From the NCBI GenBank assembly GCA_030770535.1, contig JASVEC010000019.1, positions 310,001 to 374,000 of the forward strand: DNA of 64,000 bases, in the 5' to 3' direction. The translations under genes were made by a program, and so were the position numbers. This document shows positions 62,112 to 64,000 of this stretch, piece by piece. The stretch comes from Batkoa obscura (lineage: Eukaryota). Each line of letters starts with the position of its first letter. Position 1 is the stretch's first letter. The notes under the pieces were generated by a model that saw nothing but the letters and a program-made list of their open reading frames with translations, was not told the origin of the DNA and did not search any database.

Positions 62112-63122
62112 CTAATAACAATGTGCATCGCCTTGGGGCCCTTTGCAGGTAGTGCCATCAGCACATGGGTTAGACCAAAGTGCTTTGTTGAAGCACATGG
62201 CAATTGTTGAACCATCAAGACAATACATTTTACCATTTTCACAAGTTGATGGATCTGGTTTTTCTGGGTTGCCAGTTGGTTTTGGATTAGGCTTGACTTG
62301 CGTTGGGTATGGGGTTGCTGCTGGCTTGCTTTGATACTGAGGCTGTTTTTGTAGTCTGGTTTGATATTGAGGTTGCTGTGGTCTAATTTGAGTTTGGGTT
62401 TGGGCCCGTGTTTGAGTTTGAGTTTGAGTTTGAGTTTGAGTTGAAGTTTGAGTTTGGGTCTGAGTAGTAGAAGGTTTAGGATCAGGTTTAGGATTTGGGT
62501 CAACATTAGATCCGTTTGGTGAAACAGTGATCATAGGTTGTTTGTCAAATAAATCTTTACCATAATCATCTTTGAATCCTTCTGGGAATGTAGTATATCC
62601 AGGTAAGTTAGCAACTAACATTTGTGGTCCAGTGATCTTTCCATTGTTTGATCCTCCATTGATTTCAATATCCATACAATTCATATAATACTCACGATTA
62701 CCGGTTCTGTTAATCCAAGTCCATGCTAAAGTAGCTTTCCCATTTGGTGCATCTTGTGGTAATGGTACTTGATAGTTTAATCCACCGGTTAAACAATTAC
62801 CCATCACAGTTTTTAAGACAGCAAAGTTCTTATTATCATAAGTAATAGAAAACTGACAATGACCACCATTATGCATAGCACCTCCTCCTATTTTCACTGG
62901 AATAGAGCTTCCAGCATTAAATGATCCAGAAGTTGGTCCTGGGCCATAGCCTCTACATGGGAAACTAAATCGACCACCTAATGGTGAGGTCATATCATAG
63001 TCAACAGGTCCCTTATTACCAGCTAAGTGTCTAGAACGTCTTGGGGCGGGGCTGGTAACTTCCATATGTCCCAAAACAGTAGCAAAAGAGGCTAAAGCAA
63101 TGATAGAATTTATAAGTTGCAT
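62112..63122 (-). CDS. AA11-type LPMO with extended Q/P-rich linker and chitin-binding module (copy 5)
   Basis: Same motifs as copy 1, with a longer linker. Confidence 0.92.
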   Translation of the reverse strand: MQLINSIIALASFATVLGHMEVTSPAPRRSRHLAGNKGPVDYDMTSPLGGRFSFPCRGYGPGPTSGSFNAGSSIPVKIGGGAMHNGGHCQFSITYDNKNFAVLKTVMGNCLTGGLNYQVPLPQDAPNGKATLAWTWINRTGNREYYMNCMDIEINGGSNNGKITGPQMLVANLPGYTTFPEGFKDDYGKDLFDKQPMITVSPNGSNVDPNPKPDPKPSTTQTQTQTSTQTQTQTQTQTRAQTQTQIRPQQPQYQTRLQKQPQYQSKPAATPYPTQVKPNPKPTGNPEKPDPSTCENGKMYCLDGSTIAMCFNKALWSNPCADGTTCKGPQGDAHCY

Positions 63123-64000
63123 GATTAAAGTTGTATTGGTTTTAATTCTCACAGAGAAACAGAAATTGAACTTTGATAATGATTAAACACTCTTTTTCAT
63201 CACTTTATATAGTATTTCGTTAAGTACCTTGCTGTACCATAGTTATAGTGTTGATAATTAACTCTAATAACTAAAATATATTTGGGTGATTAAAATATTC
63301 ATGTTGGAATAAATTATTCTTTCTAGATTACTTGTTCTATTAAATTTTAGTTAACGGCAGTATAATAAAACAAGTTTAAGGTAGTATTTTATTAGTTTAG
63401 ATAAAAGCTGTACTAATGCTTTAGTTAAAGTGAAATAAACAACTATATATGTTATTGTTGAATTTAGTATTTAACATTCAATTGTAGCTCATTAAGTAAA
63501 TTAAATCTTAGCTACACCTAATCTTAATATTTTTACTAAAATCAAATTTAAGATTAAATCAAATATTCACTTTAAGGCCCAGTTCAAAACTATCCACCCT
63601 AAGTTGATTTCTAAATACATCCTAAAAATTCTAGCAAGTTCATTATATTTAGTCTAAAGGACAACCAAACGCGTATATTTCAGCATTGATATTTTATGAA
63701 TAGTCATTGCATACCATTTACCTAGATTTCAACTGAGTCCTTTATTACTATAGTAAATTAATGGCGTAAAGATAAGTATTAGATCATTATCAAAGACAAC
63801 ACAACAGGCAGTCAAAATTTTTGAGACTTCTAAAACCCATCAAATTTCATATTTGATAACTGAATCTAAAATAGCCCTAGCTAATTTATTGATTTATAAT
63901 ATCTCTTAACTTTCTTTATTGTATTTAAATCGCCTAATAGTAGAATGGTCATCTACTTTGTTTTTATTGTTAAGATTATTTAACTAAACTTTTGATATGA

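Noticed and set aside
51758..62506. Small overlapping ORFs repeated at the LPMO 3' ends, and the GTG-start MRIKTNTTLI extensions
   Set aside because: These are shadow frames repeated because the genes are duplicated. The eukaryotic start is the ATG of MQLINS, which gives a normal signal peptide and a mature N-terminal His.

Overview
Very AT-rich eukaryotic genomic DNA with short GT-AG introns. The gene content suggests an early-diverging fungus, probably an arthropod-associated Entomophthoromycotina/Zoopagomycota species (inference). Housekeeping and signalling genes: a talin-F0-like plus 2xPH protein placed head-to-head with a RasGEF, a class I glutamine amidotransferase, prefoldin 4, Vti1, an MFS drug exporter and an HPC2/HUN-domain protein. 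These are mixed with many secreted cuticle- or chitin-related genes: an HExxH metalloprotease, two head-to-head trypsins, two Gly/Ser/Tyr-rich proteins with a C-terminal chitin-binding-type module, a 765-aa protein built from ten copies of an unfamiliar 6-Cys repeat, and a five-gene tandem array of AA11-type LPMOs showing gene conversion and an A-B-A-B-A organisation. Also present are an isocitrate-lyase-like protein lacking its catalytic loop, a P450 pseudogene with a MITE in its coding start, and a three-member paralog family with two pseudogenes. Smaller elements include an unannotated 52-aa secreted peptide, an atypical intron-containing tRNA, two 464-bp solo-LTR-like elements and about 26 copies of a ~97-bp GGGG...CCCC MITE with 4-bp target-site duplications. 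All alignments were done by eye and no database searches were run.
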